Assembly: GCA_963675755.2 (NCBI GenBank)
Contig: CAXXMD010000003.1
Coordinates: 3,328,001 to 3,392,000, forward strand
Source: a bacterium
GTDB lineage: Bacteria > Zhuqueibacterota > Zhuqueibacteria > Residuimicrobiales > Krinioviventaceae
DNA: 64,000 nt
Direction of reading: 5' to 3'
Position numbers and translations under genes: made by a program. The notes under the pieces were generated by a model that saw nothing but the letters and a program-made list of their open reading frames with translations, was not told the DNA's origin and did no database searches. This document shows positions 1 through 10,565 of the stretch, in pieces; position 1 is the stretch's first letter, and each line of letters starts with the position of its first letter.

Positions 1-74
1 CATTTTGAATTTTATAAAAATATCAGTTAATGAAAATACTCAAAATTCGAACAAATAACACGAGGAAAGCGGAA

Positions 75-2243
75 ATGAAAAGAATGAGTATAGTAGTAAC
101 ACTGTTGTTGGCATTGCTGTTTCAAATGACACTTGCAAAGGATGGCAAGTATCCGATTGGAAAACCCGGTCTCTGTTTGAAATACACTTTAAAAGCCGAT
201 GCAATTCCTGAATCAAATGTGAAGAATGTTGAGTTGACAGTCGGTGATCTTGTTGAAAAGCAGGGAACACAGGTACAATGGCTGCAATTGCATGCTCAAA
301 AAGTAAATAATGAGACATTTTCAATATATATACTTGCCAAATCCTATCCCTCGGCATCTTTGATACAAGCTGAAGCAGAGATTGAGAGATATATTGTATC
401 CATTCCCGGCAAAGATTCCATTGAATTTTCGGACCAGAATAGCGGAGCTGCCATTCTGCCAAACACCGGTGCGTGGAAATTTCTTTTCCCCGGACTCGTT
501 AACAATGTGAATCCGTTTGATGGCAAGGTTAAAAAAGTAAAATACCTGGGACTCGAGTATGTTCTGGATAGCAAAAAGCAGGCAGAAATACCATCAATTC
601 CCGTATCATGGACGAAAGTAGAACTGACACCTGATCTGCTTATTGGTGTTCCTCATAATAAAAAAGTGAAAAATGAAACCCGACGTTATGACGAGTCCGA
701 TTACGAGTATATAGAGCTCACAAAGGATAATTATTTTGAAATGATAGATCATGGTATGAATGTTTTTAACGTGAATGCAGAACAGGTTAAATGGATTGAG
801 AATGAAAACGTCTATTACTGGGGCATTGGCGGTAAAGATATTACTTATCCCGAACATCTTTACAAGAGCAACTATGTGGGACCTGCTATTTTCTTTGATG
901 AACCCATGGTACATGTACGTGATTATATCATCAAGCCCAAGTTTAAGGAAAATCCGGGTTTGCGTAAAAGTATTACTCCCGAGTACTATTTTGAGGAATT
1001 CAAACATGAGTACCATGAAGCAAAATATGAACGTTCTACCGTGCGATTGATTAATGGACTTGCTGAACGGGATGATGTTGATTTGGGTGATATGAATTTT
1101 TTACAGCAAAATGTTTATTCATGGGAAACCATGATCAGTTCTGCTATATATCAATTGACCGAAGGAGATCCGACAACTCCCGCGGCAATTGTATTTGAGC
1201 CTCCCGGTCGTCTTGGCGCAAGACGGGTATTACCTGAACTGAACATGTGTTTTGACTGTCAAATACCTACGGATGATCCCAAGAATATGATTGGTATGAT
1301 CAAGGGATTTGCCCGGGGTGCTGCAAGAGTAGCCGACAAGGAATGGGGAATCAGCATTTATGGACAGGTAATCCGGTCCGAAGCTTATTGGTACATGACG
1401 CATGCATATGACCAGGGCGCCACCCGATTCTTTTACTGGGATTCTTATCAACTCGCTGCTGTTCCGTATAGTGAGTATTTGTCGTTATCCAAAAACCTGA
1501 GAGAATATGCTAAAAATTTCCCTCGCAAAGATGTAGAGTCGCTCAAATATAATGCAGAGGTTGCCATTGTATTACCAACAGGATACAATCTGGGTCATGT
1601 CAAGATGGGTATTGGCAATTTTAGTGGTATGGGCGAATTGAATATGGAGCGAAAGAATGAGTTTGGCGTGAAATATCGTAAAGTGATGAACAATTTTTAT
1701 ACCGAGGTTGAACGCTGTATCCGTTTGGGCATTGAATATGATCTGTTTTGGGGACTTGAAGGACTTGAATTAGATGGATACCGGGAGATTGTAACCATCC
1801 GTAAAGACGGTAAAGTTGAAATCGTTCAAAATGGAGATTCTCAAATCCTGGATTCTGCAAGAGTGCCTGAACGACCTGCCGGAAAAGTCCCGGAACTGAT
1901 TGTTGATATAGATCCTTCGGGTAACAGTGCCCCCGATACCTTTACCGCGCGTGCAAATGTTAAAGCCGGCTCGGCCCCTGTGTATTATACCCAAGGCGCG
2001 AATAAAGAAGGGATTTACAGAAATACCTATGTTTTGTGGGAACTGTATGGTCCGGGTGAAGAAGATTATACGGATTTCTGGAATGAAAGATGGGATGTAG
2101 ACGTATCTGAAAAAGATGATACAGCGACTGTGGAATTGATATTTACCCTTGATAAACCGGGAAGTTATCGGCTACGCGTATCTGCCTGTGATGTGGCGGG
2201 CAGAAGTTCAGTCGTTTGGAAAAATATAACTGTTACCAAATAG
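75..2243 (+). CDS. Secreted hypothetical protein, possible glycoside hydrolase-like barrel plus C-terminal Ig-like domain
   Basis: Long ORF; likely start ATG at 75 after GAGGA; signal peptide MKRMSIVVTLLLALLFQMTLA; FFDEP motif; beta-rich C-terminus (GSYRLRVSACDVAGRSS). Confidence 0.6.
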   Translation: MKRMSIVVTLLLALLFQMTLAKDGKYPIGKPGLCLKYTLKADAIPESNVKNVELTVGDLVEKQGTQVQWLQLHAQKVNNETFSIYILAKSYPSASLIQAEAEIERYIVSIPGKDSIEFSDQNSGAAILPNTGAWKFLFPGLVNNVNPFDGKVKKVKYLGLEYVLDSKKQAEIPSIPVSWTKVELTPDLLIGVPHNKKVKNETRRYDESDYEYIELTKDNYFEMIDHGMNVFNVNAEQVKWIENENVYYWGIGGKDITYPEHLYKSNYVGPAIFFDEPMVHVRDYIIKPKFKENPGLRKSITPEYYFEEFKHEYHEAKYERSTVRLINGLAERDDVDLGDMNFLQQNVYSWETMISSAIYQLTEGDPTTPAAIVFEPPGRLGARRVLPELNMCFDCQIPTDDPKNMIGMIKGFARGAARVADKEWGISIYGQVIRSEAYWYMTHAYDQGATRFFYWDSYQLAAVPYSEYLSLSKNLREYAKNFPRKDVESLKYNAEVAIVLPTGYNLGHVKMGIGNFSGMGELNMERKNEFGVKYRKVMNNFYTEVERCIRLGIEYDLFWGLEGLELDGYREIVTIRKDGKVEIVQNGDSQILDSARVPERPAGKVPELIVDIDPSGNSAPDTFTARANVKAGSAPVYYTQGANKEGIYRNTYVLWELYGPGEEDYTDFWNERWDVDVSEKDDTATVELIFTLDKPGSYRLRVSACDVAGRSSVVWKNITVTK

Positions 2244-2506
2244 CAGCCATTAGATTTAAATGATAACATCTGGAATGAAATTGATATGAATGCGTTGGGG
2301 GATGCAGATTCTGATTATTAGGATAGACTGCAAATATTTTGTACCTAATGGGACGGGTTTACTGATTCTTGCTTTATTTATGGGAGTATTGTTGAGGGGG
2401 GATGTTTTTTGTCTGCTGTTTGATCGTTAGCAGATTGAACCCTCGCACATCTCTATGAATAATTTTTCAGGCTCAGTGTTATAATGAAAAACAAAAGAGG
2501 CTGGAA

Positions 2507-3790
2507 ATGAAACCATGTGTATTATTTTTTGCCGTTGTATTTTTCACAATCAATGTCTATGCACAGCATGTCGATGTGACAGATTTTGGTGCAATTGGGG
2601 ATGGAAAATTAGACAATACAGCAGCATTTCAGAAAGCAATCAATAGTGTCGGGGATAAAGGGGGGACGGTTTATGTTCCGGCGGGACAGTACCGCTTTGA
2701 CAGCACACTCGTCTTGATTGAAGGTGTTACTTTGAAAGGGATTGCCGAAACACCACCAGCTGCCAGTTTAAAACGGGGTACCATGTTGCTTGTATATGCC
2801 GGCAGAGATGATGAACATGAAGAGCCGTTTATTACGATGAAATATAACAGCTCGGTAATGGGGCTGTCGATCTATTATCCCGAGCAAACCATAACGGATG
2901 TTCGTCCATATCCCTGGACCATCCAGATCAACGGCAATCGCTGTAATTTGGTTAATCTGTCACTGGTGAATTCTTATAATGGTATCGACTGTGGGACTTT
3001 TTATCATGGACAGGATTACGTGCGTAACATTCATCTATGGGCATTGAATACTGCTGTGTATATCGACCGTGTGCATGACATTGGCAGGATGGAGAACATC
3101 CAGATCCATCCCAGTGCCTGGTTGAGTTTTGGTGTAAACATTGATGCAATCCGTGAATATTCAGTACAACATATGGAAGGATTCGTTATTGGTCGTTGTG
3201 ATTGGGAATATATGATCAATTGTTTTGTGATCTGGCCCAAAGTGGGATTCAGGTTTATTGAAACCGAGAGAGATCCGGTTGGTAATGATCCCCAGGCGAA
3301 TATCCTTATAACCCAAAGCGGTTCAGATATCGGACCGTTAGCTGTTGTGGTTGAGAAATCGCAGTATCATGCCGGAATTGCTTTTGAAAACTGCCAGTTT
3401 ATGGATGGCATTCTGATTGAGGAGGGAAACAAAGGACCCGTAAAGTTGACAAACTGCGGATTCTGGGGCTGGGCGGAAACTCTGGGTGGCACACATATCG
3501 TAAACAAGGGCAAAGGTACTGTTTATTTAACAGCCTGCAATTTTAACGCAAAGAACTGGGCAGAATGTCATTGGGAACCGGATATTCCTTTTATCAAAAT
3601 GCTGGATGGAACATTGCAAATGATGAATTGTCGTTTTCAGGACAATGGTAATACGCCAGATGCCCATATTTACCTGGGTGAAAATACCCGGTCAGCTGTT
3701 ATTATGGGTAATAGTGTAGAGGGTGGCAGGTTGAATGTAGCGAACCATTCCAAAGGTGATGTGCAGATTTTAGGTAATGTCAGTGAATAA
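2507..3790 (+). CDS. Secreted pectate lyase-3-like / GH28-GH55-type beta-helix protein
   Basis: Signal peptide; N-terminal VDVTDFGAIGDGKLDNTAAFQKAI...GGTVYVPAGQY motif. Confidence 0.8.
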   Translation: MKPCVLFFAVVFFTINVYAQHVDVTDFGAIGDGKLDNTAAFQKAINSVGDKGGTVYVPAGQYRFDSTLVLIEGVTLKGIAETPPAASLKRGTMLLVYAGRDDEHEEPFITMKYNSSVMGLSIYYPEQTITDVRPYPWTIQINGNRCNLVNLSLVNSYNGIDCGTFYHGQDYVRNIHLWALNTAVYIDRVHDIGRMENIQIHPSAWLSFGVNIDAIREYSVQHMEGFVIGRCDWEYMINCFVIWPKVGFRFIETERDPVGNDPQANILITQSGSDIGPLAVVVEKSQYHAGIAFENCQFMDGILIEEGNKGPVKLTNCGFWGWAETLGGTHIVNKGKGTVYLTACNFNAKNWAECHWEPDIPFIKMLDGTLQMMNCRFQDNGNTPDAHIYLGENTRSAVIMGNSVEGGRLNVANHSKGDVQILGNVSE

Positions 3791-3957
3791 TTTGAGATTA
3801 TAAAAGTTGTTGATAGATTATCTTAAATAAAAAATCATTATGATTAACTACCGGGTAAGCTTACCAATTGCTTGTTTTGGAACATTTTTTTTATATATTA
3901 GTTGTATTCAGGTGCTCATAAGCAATATCTGTAAACCTTTCAGGTTAAAATATCCGG

Positions 3958-5361
3958 GTGGCCATGAATCCAATTGTATTAAAATTTCATATCCGTGCGA
4001 TACGTAATTATATCCGTACCCGACTGGACTGGATCACCATAATAGAAATTTTGTTGTTCGGTGGTTTTCTCGTCTATTATGTACTGGACTCTTTGCATGC
4101 TCAATTTGCGAATGTACTTCTCAAAAAGGGTGTTGGGGCGGCATGGAACGCTTTTTATCGCAATCAGGCCATAGCGTTGTTGATCTTTCTACCCAGCGGC
4201 ATGGCCTTTGCCCGCAAACAACTCGCCAGTCCCGGTCATCAGGTCCTTTTGACCATGCCAATGACCATGTATCGGGCTTGCTCTACAATTGTAGACCAGA
4301 TTTTGTTCAGTTGGGCGCTTTTATTGCCGATTTGGATTGGATTTCTGTTCAGTTTTATTTTTCAGGTTCATACAGAAACTGTCGAGTTTATTACTATCAT
4401 TATTTATCATACACTCGTCTTTTTCAGTCCGGTGCTGCTGGGAATGTTTTTCTGGACTGCCTGGAAATCCACAAGATTAAAACACGGATTGCTGCGCTGG
4501 TTCAATACCCTTGTCTTGATCTCGGTGTTAACCGCGATTGTTTTATTGAGCGCCTACAATCACAAAATGCACCATTGGATTGTGCATACATTGATAACGT
4601 TAGTCTTGTTGGTGTTGTCGCGGTCATTGATCATTCATCAACTCGTGAATTTATATACTGTAATCCCGGACAAGCTCATATCGCAAAAGTGGAATATTTA
4701 TCAGCCCTTTATGTTCTGGGTACGCGTTTACATGTTTTTTACACCAAAGGGTATTCGCCCGTTTGTGCGAAAAGACACGTTATACATACTTCGACGATAC
4801 AAGGTCTATGCATTGCTGATACCGGCATTTATAATAGCAATTGTTGCGGGCATCTTTCATGTAAAAACCTTTGATGAAGCCATGCAATGGATGTTGTCCA
4901 TATCCATTGCATCCGGGTATGTGTTTGCAAATATGGCATTCCGGTTCAGCGATCAGGGCTGCGAGTTGTTATCTGTTGTACGTTCACAGCCTGTTTCCAT
5001 GAAACGATACTGGTTTGCCAAGTTCTGGGATGCTTTGCTGCCGGTTATCTGGATAACCGGGGTTGGAAGTATTGCGTTGTTCTTGATACCCGGATTTAAT
5101 CTGGTTATTTATTTACGAATACTTTTAGCAGCAGCTTTTATTAATGTAACCTTGGTTTTTGTTCAAACCAACTTTGCGCTATATTCATATCCTTATACCC
5201 GATACGCCAGTATGTGGTATAATTTGTATCTGGTAATGGGAGTTTTGTTTTTTACTATACTTTTGTTTCCACCGCTTTCAATAGCCTTTTGGTTATTTGG
5301 ATATCTTGCCATTTTTAGAGTGCTTAAACAGCTCAAACAAACGGATGTGCTTTATGATTAA
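3958..5361 (+). CDS. Putative ABC transporter permease (multi-TM membrane protein)
   Basis: Many hydrophobic segments; overlaps the downstream ABC ATPase. Confidence 0.65.
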   Translation: MAMNPIVLKFHIRAIRNYIRTRLDWITIIEILLFGGFLVYYVLDSLHAQFANVLLKKGVGAAWNAFYRNQAIALLIFLPSGMAFARKQLASPGHQVLLTMPMTMYRACSTIVDQILFSWALLLPIWIGFLFSFIFQVHTETVEFITIIIYHTLVFFSPVLLGMFFWTAWKSTRLKHGLLRWFNTLVLISVLTAIVLLSAYNHKMHHWIVHTLITLVLLVLSRSLIIHQLVNLYTVIPDKLISQKWNIYQPFMFWVRVYMFFTPKGIRPFVRKDTLYILRRYKVYALLIPAFIIAIVAGIFHVKTFDEAMQWMLSISIASGYVFANMAFRFSDQGCELLSVVRSQPVSMKRYWFAKFWDALLPVIWITGVGSIALFLIPGFNLVIYLRILLAAAFINVTLVFVQTNFALYSYPYTRYASMWYNLYLVMGVLFFTILLFPPLSIAFWLFGYLAIFRVLKQLKQTDVLYD

Positions 5362-6079
5362 AATTCAAAATCTGTCAAAAAAATATGATCGTACCCAGGC
5401 TTTGGATGACTTTTCTTTGTCCATTGGACGGGGAGAGTTTTGGGGACTCATTGGTCCCAATGGTGCCGGTAAAACGACGTTGTACAAGAGTTTGTTGGGA
5501 TTACTAACCATTGACAATGGATCCATTATTATTGACGGGAAAAAAGTAGATAAACATCCGGAGCATATAAAAAAAATAATAGGATATGCAGCCGAACCGC
5601 CGGTATTGTACGAGTATCTGACCGGACCGGAATTTCTCGAATTTACAGGGACTTTGAATGGTATTGAAAAGAATGAATTGGTACAAAAAATAAACCATTT
5701 GTTAAAAGAGTTTGACCTGGAGTTCAAGAGCAAAGATCCTATTGCTGATTATTCTCATGGTATGCGTAAAAAAATATCATTGGCTGCAGCTTTTCTCAAG
5801 GAACCCTCAATATTGTTGTTGGACGAGCCCACCAGTGGTCTGGATGCTGAAAGCATTTACAATTTAAAGAACCATTTGTTGTCTTTTCGGGATAAAGGTG
5901 TTACATTACTCTTGTCGTCTCATATTATTGAAACGGTTGAGAAATTGTGCAGCCATGTTGCAATAATCAACAAGGGACGAATTATTTACAAAGATACAAT
6001 TGAAAATATTTATAGCGCACTGGGTCCCGGTGAAACACTGGAGACGTTACTAATCCGTTTATTACGGGAATCTGAATAA
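5354..6079 (+). CDS. ABC transporter ATP-binding protein
   Basis: Walker A GPNGAGKT, signature YSHGM, Walker B LLLDEP; likely start MIKIQ at 5354. Confidence 0.92.
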   Translation: MIKIQNLSKKYDRTQALDDFSLSIGRGEFWGLIGPNGAGKTTLYKSLLGLLTIDNGSIIIDGKKVDKHPEHIKKIIGYAAEPPVLYEYLTGPEFLEFTGTLNGIEKNELVQKINHLLKEFDLEFKSKDPIADYSHGMRKKISLAAAFLKEPSILLLDEPTSGLDAESIYNLKNHLLSFRDKGVTLLLSSHIIETVEKLCSHVAIINKGRIIYKDTIENIYSALGPGETLETLLIRLLRESE

Positions 6080-6102
6080 ATACGGTTTGAAATTTTACAG
6101 GG

Positions 6103-7932
6103 ATGTTTATGAAAAAGTATAATGGGATTTGGATTGTACTAGTTTTAATTTTTATCAGTATTTCTTACAGTTATTCTGCAACAATCACGGTTGTGTATCC
6201 TCGGGAAGGGACCACATTGAGTGCTGCCCCGAACGATTCCATGTTTGTTTTCGGACGGGTAACACCTTTTACCGCGTCTTTAACCATTAATGATGAGAAT
6301 GTTGACGTTTATGAGAATGGTACATTTCTGGCATATGTACCTGTAACTGAAGGTGAGTTTGTATTCCATTGTGCTGTAGTAGCCGGGAGTGACAGCAGCT
6401 TTGTTGACCGTCATGTAACTGTTCGTCCTGTTGCAAAAACTGTGGATTCTGATTCTTTGCTGATACTGCAAAATACATTATCGCCATCTGTTGATTATGA
6501 ACTAATGGCGGGAGATTTGTACCGGGTTTCTTTTCAGGGCTTGCCCGGTTGTAAGGCGTATTTCGAGATCGATGGCATAACCGGTCCCGTTCCCATGCAG
6601 GAATTGCCGCCAGAACAGGATACCTATTGGGGAGAAGTGATTTTTGGCGAGGCAAAACAAACGTCTCAAATACCTGTAAAAGGCAGATACGCAGGCAGTT
6701 ATCTGATCCAATCCGGTGATTATGGTTATATGCGTCCGACGAACGTTTATCTTGTTGATGATAATGGAGACACACTGAGTGCAACATTGCCGGGTAAATT
6801 GTCGATTATGGACAGCCGGTTTCCCTACATGGTAGAGACGGTGGAACGTGAAAATGTTTTACGCACCGCTCAGGGATGCGGTTATTACTATTTCGTTCCT
6901 CAGGGAGTAAAACTGTGGATTACAGGTAGAAAAGGAGAATATCTAAGAGCACGATTATCTAATGTGGAAGAGGCCTGGGTGCCCCGTTATTTTACACGCC
7001 CCTTGCCGCAGGGCACTGTTCCACCGCAGACTATAGTTCATATTGTCCGTACCCAGCTCTTTCCCGATAAAAGCCGGGTGCGCGTCTTTACAGGTACACG
7101 TTTGCCGTATCGAATAGAGCAGGATCCCAAATCACGTACAATTACCATATTCATGTATGGAGTATTGTCTGATACGGATTGGATCCGCCAGGAGTTTGGA
7201 GATTCTAATATTCGTGATATTCGCTGGAGTCAGGATGCGCCGGGCAGTTATCGGTTGATCATAGAGCTGGCACATCAACATCAGTGGGGTTATAATGCAG
7301 GTTACGATGAGCAGGACCATTTTTATATAGACATCAAACGACCACCCGCGATAGAATCCGGCTGGTTGACATCACCGTTAAAAAATAGATTTATCGCGCT
7401 TGATCCCGGTCATGGCCCGGATCTGGGTGCTGTTGGGCCGACCGGTTACGCTGAAAAAGATGCCAATCTTGCCCTGGCTGAAGAACTGGGACGCCAATTG
7501 CAGGATAAAGGTGCACATGTCTTTTTTACCCGTGAAGGCAATGAAGGTATTTCTTTACGAGGGAGAAAACGCATGGTAGAGGTGCTGGCACCGGATGTAA
7601 TGTTGAGCCTGCACCATAATGCAATTCCTGATGGTGTAAATCCATATAAAAGTCGGGGAACCAGTACATATTATTATCAACCGCAGAGTTATGATCTTGC
7701 GGTATTGGTACAGAAACATCTGTTAAATGAATTGAAATTGAATAACTTTGGATTGTTTTATGATAATCTTGCCATGTGCAGACCCACACAAATGCCGTCA
7801 ATATTGATTGAACCTGCATTTATGATGCATCCGGAAGAAGAGATGATGATATTATCTAAAGACTATCGGAAAAAATGTGCAAAGGCGATTGTAAAAGCAC
7901 TGGAAGAATTTTTTGAAACAACACGAGAATAA
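6103..7932 (+). CDS. N-acetylmuramoyl-L-alanine amidase (Amidase_3) with long N-terminal extension
   Basis: Signal peptide; IALDPGHG, EKDANL, LSLHHNA and SILIEPAF zinc-amidase motifs. Confidence 0.9.
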   Translation: MFMKKYNGIWIVLVLIFISISYSYSATITVVYPREGTTLSAAPNDSMFVFGRVTPFTASLTINDENVDVYENGTFLAYVPVTEGEFVFHCAVVAGSDSSFVDRHVTVRPVAKTVDSDSLLILQNTLSPSVDYELMAGDLYRVSFQGLPGCKAYFEIDGITGPVPMQELPPEQDTYWGEVIFGEAKQTSQIPVKGRYAGSYLIQSGDYGYMRPTNVYLVDDNGDTLSATLPGKLSIMDSRFPYMVETVERENVLRTAQGCGYYYFVPQGVKLWITGRKGEYLRARLSNVEEAWVPRYFTRPLPQGTVPPQTIVHIVRTQLFPDKSRVRVFTGTRLPYRIEQDPKSRTITIFMYGVLSDTDWIRQEFGDSNIRDIRWSQDAPGSYRLIIELAHQHQWGYNAGYDEQDHFYIDIKRPPAIESGWLTSPLKNRFIALDPGHGPDLGAVGPTGYAEKDANLALAEELGRQLQDKGAHVFFTREGNEGISLRGRKRMVEVLAPDVMLSLHHNAIPDGVNPYKSRGTSTYYYQPQSYDLAVLVQKHLLNELKLNNFGLFYDNLAMCRPTQMPSILIEPAFMMHPEEEMMILSKDYRKKCAKAIVKALEEFFETTRE

Positions 7933-7943
7933 ACGGAGGATAT

Positions 7944-8438
7944 TTGGATTTTAAGGTGTGTCCGCTTTGCGGATCAACATTGCATAAAACCTTCACTGAA
8001 GGTCGCGACCGTATGGTGTGTGACCAATGTGGATATATACAGTACCAGAATCCGTTACCCGCTTCTGCAGTTATTGTAATTGAAGACGGTGCAATACTGA
8101 TGGTGAAACGAAAATTTGAACCCCAGGCAGGAAAGTGGGGACTACCCGCAGGTTTTGTTGAACTGGATGAAACGCCGGAACAGGCAGCAGTAAGAGAGAC
8201 ACATGAAGAAACCGGTATCAATGTAAAAATAAAAAGATTGTTAAAAGTTACCGGTACCTGTGAAGGTCACAAGAGTAATATTGTATTAATTATTTATATC
8301 GCGGAAAAAATTGATGGTGTTTTAGCAGCCGGAGATGATGCTGAAGAGGCCGCATTTTTCCCAATTCATGATCTGCCTGAAAATATTGCCTTCTCGAGTC
8401 ATAAACAGGCAATACTGGAATATATTAATCACCGATAA
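7944..8438 (+). CDS. NUDIX hydrolase with N-terminal zinc ribbon
   Basis: CPLCG...CDQCG...YQNP; Nudix box GFVELDETPEQAAVRETHEETG. Confidence 0.9.
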   Translation: MDFKVCPLCGSTLHKTFTEGRDRMVCDQCGYIQYQNPLPASAVIVIEDGAILMVKRKFEPQAGKWGLPAGFVELDETPEQAAVRETHEETGINVKIKRLLKVTGTCEGHKSNIVLIIYIAEKIDGVLAAGDDAEEAAFFPIHDLPENIAFSSHKQAILEYINHR

Positions 8439-8521
8439 TTTGCTCCTTGTGAAATTCTTTTATTTTATCAGGGGTTATTAATATTATGAAAGCTATGAGA
8501 TTTTGACAAAAGGACTGAGAA

Positions 8522-9010
8522 ATGGACAAGGTTTTGCAAAATTCTCTGTTAACCAGAGGATTTTCGGACGCGGAGTTGAATGATTTATTAACGGTTGCAA
8601 ATGAGCAGACTTTTTATAAAAACCAGTTAATCTTTAAAGAAAATGATCCTGCGGATAGTCTATTTATCCTGATTTCTGGCAAGGTATTTATTGAACGTCA
8701 ATTATCACACCCCAATATGCCGATTTCGAAACAGGTGATGACTGTAAAAAAGGGCCAGATATTTGGAGAAATGGGACTTGTTGAGGATGTAACACGAACC
8801 GCCACAGCACGTGCAGCAAGTCAGATTCGGACAATTGTTTTAGAATATCAGGCGTTAAGAACATTATTTGAATGTGATAACAAGCTGGGATATCGGTTTA
8901 TGAATAATTTGGCCGTTATTTTGGGAACCCGTCTAAGGAACATGAACAAACAATGGAACAATTCAAATATACGAACACATAATTCTTTTGAATTTGAATA
9001 TTACGGTTGA
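8522..9010 (+). CDS. Stand-alone cyclic nucleotide-binding domain protein
   Basis: IFKENDPADSLFILISGKV...GQIFGEMGL...RTATARA; no C-terminal HTH. Confidence 0.85.
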   Translation: MDKVLQNSLLTRGFSDAELNDLLTVANEQTFYKNQLIFKENDPADSLFILISGKVFIERQLSHPNMPISKQVMTVKKGQIFGEMGLVEDVTRTATARAASQIRTIVLEYQALRTLFECDNKLGYRFMNNLAVILGTRLRNMNKQWNNSNIRTHNSFEFEYYG

Positions 9011-9050
9011 TCCATAATACCTTATTCCTGCTTTGTAATAAAGAGGAGTA

Positions 9051-9785
9051 ATGATTATGCGGATCTTTTACATTTTACCAGTTTTATTTTGTATGCACTG
9101 GAGCGCTTGTATGGATACCAATAATCAGCAAAATCGATCCATTGGGGATGAATATTCCATCAAACGCCTGCAAATGGTTGAACAGCAGATCAAAAGCCGG
9201 GGAATTCAAGATCCCCGGGTATTGCGTGCAATGATGCATGTGCCTCGCCATCGCTTTGTAATTGAGCAGAGTCTCCCCCATGCTTATGCCGATACACCAT
9301 TAACCATTGGTTATGAACAGACCATATCTCAACCTTATATTGTAGCGTATATGACAGAGGCTCTCGAGTTAACCGGGGTGGAAAAGGTTCTTGAGGTCGG
9401 TACTGGCTCAGGATACCAGGCAGCGGTTTTGTGTGAACTTGCAGAAAATGTTTTCAGTATAGAGATTGTTGAACCTCTTTGCTTAAAGGCAAAGCAGATA
9501 CTCGAGTCAGAAGGGTATACCAACTTTCACGGTCGATGTGGAGATGGTTATGCAGGATGGCCTGAAGAAGCTCCTTTTGATGCAATCATTGTAACTGCAG
9601 CCCCTCCATACATTCCCAAACCTTTATTGGAACAGCTCAAGCCTGGCGGTCGTATGATCATCCCCGTTGGTAATACTTTTCAAAAGCTGGTGAGGATTAT
9701 CAGAAAAGCGGATGGCTCTTTTGATCGTCAAGACCTCATACCTGTAAGGTTTGTCCCCATGACAGGTCGCATTGACAGTATGTGA
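9051..9785 (+). CDS. pcm: Protein-L-isoaspartate O-methyltransferase
   Basis: VPRHRFV, QTISQPYIVA, VLEVGTGSGYQAA, APFDAIIVTAA and VRFVPM motifs. Confidence 0.95.
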   Translation: MIMRIFYILPVLFCMHWSACMDTNNQQNRSIGDEYSIKRLQMVEQQIKSRGIQDPRVLRAMMHVPRHRFVIEQSLPHAYADTPLTIGYEQTISQPYIVAYMTEALELTGVEKVLEVGTGSGYQAAVLCELAENVFSIEIVEPLCLKAKQILESEGYTNFHGRCGDGYAGWPEEAPFDAIIVTAAPPYIPKPLLEQLKPGGRMIIPVGNTFQKLVRIIRKADGSFDRQDLIPVRFVPMTGRIDSM

Positions 9786-9858
9786 TTTTTCAACTTTTGA
9801 AACATTTGCTTGTTTATCTCCGTATTTCAAAGAAAGGTTTGAGATTAAGGAGAGTAAA

Positions 9859-10548
9859 ATGGCAGAACAAAAAAGATTGTACCGTTCAGGTAAAGATCAC
9901 ATCCTGGGTGGCGTTTGTGCCGGATTAGCCGAGTATTTAAATATTGATGCAGTACTGGTGCGGGTTTTATGGCTTGTCTCGGTAATGTTTAACGGGATAG
10001 GTTTACTCGCCTATTTATTATGTTTGTTCTTTATCCCCATGAACCCGGAACATGCTGCATTACCCGAATCTGAAAGAAAAAAGAGCGGACAAACAGGATT
10101 GTTTGTGGGCATTGCTTTTGTGGTATTTGGTTTTATGTTTCTATTTTTCAATATTGCGGGACATCATTTTTTCTGGTTTGACTGGTGCTGGTTTGGTTTC
10201 TGGCCTTTTCGGTGGAATTATATTTGGCCATTGTTTATTATTGGTTTTGGTGTTTGGTACATTATTTATTCTCTGCGAAAAGACAAGGAACAAAATGGAG
10301 AGAATCAAACCATTTTGGGCACAATGCGGTTTTATCGTAAAAAAGAGAATCGGATGATCTCGGGTGTATGCAGCGGATTGGCTGAATATTGGAACATTGA
10401 TGTCACCCTTGTAAGAATTGGTCTGGTTGTTTTGACATTGGTTACTCATGTTTTTATGGGTATTGCCCTGTATGTTGCATTGGTGTTTATTATACCTGAA
10501 AAAGAACAACTCCAGTCTAATATGAATGTTAGCCAGGATCCATCCTGA
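9859..10548 (+). CDS. Tandem PspC-domain membrane protein
   Basis: Two PspC repeats (RLYRS...LGGVCAGLAEY and RFYRK...ISGVCSGLAEY) around a TM region; start after AAGGAG. Confidence 0.85.
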   Translation: MAEQKRLYRSGKDHILGGVCAGLAEYLNIDAVLVRVLWLVSVMFNGIGLLAYLLCLFFIPMNPEHAALPESERKKSGQTGLFVGIAFVVFGFMFLFFNIAGHHFFWFDWCWFGFWPFRWNYIWPLFIIGFGVWYIIYSLRKDKEQNGENQTILGTMRFYRKKENRMISGVCSGLAEYWNIDVTLVRIGLVVLTLVTHVFMGIALYVALVFIIPEKEQLQSNMNVSQDPS

Positions 10549-10565
10549 TGTGAGGAGGAAATTTG

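Noticed and set aside
2244-2506. Riboswitch or structured leader before the beta-helix gene
   Set aside because: Some pairing is possible (GAGGG/CCCTC, TCTGCT/AGCAGA), but I see no known aptamer consensus or expression platform.
4143-4874. 243-aa alternate-frame ORF inside the permease gene
   Set aside because: Fully nested in a coherent membrane-protein CDS and has no motif; treated as a shadow ORF.
8448-8465. Additional Rex box (TTGTGAAATTC...)
   Set aside because: Only one half-site matches; there is no TTCACAA arm.
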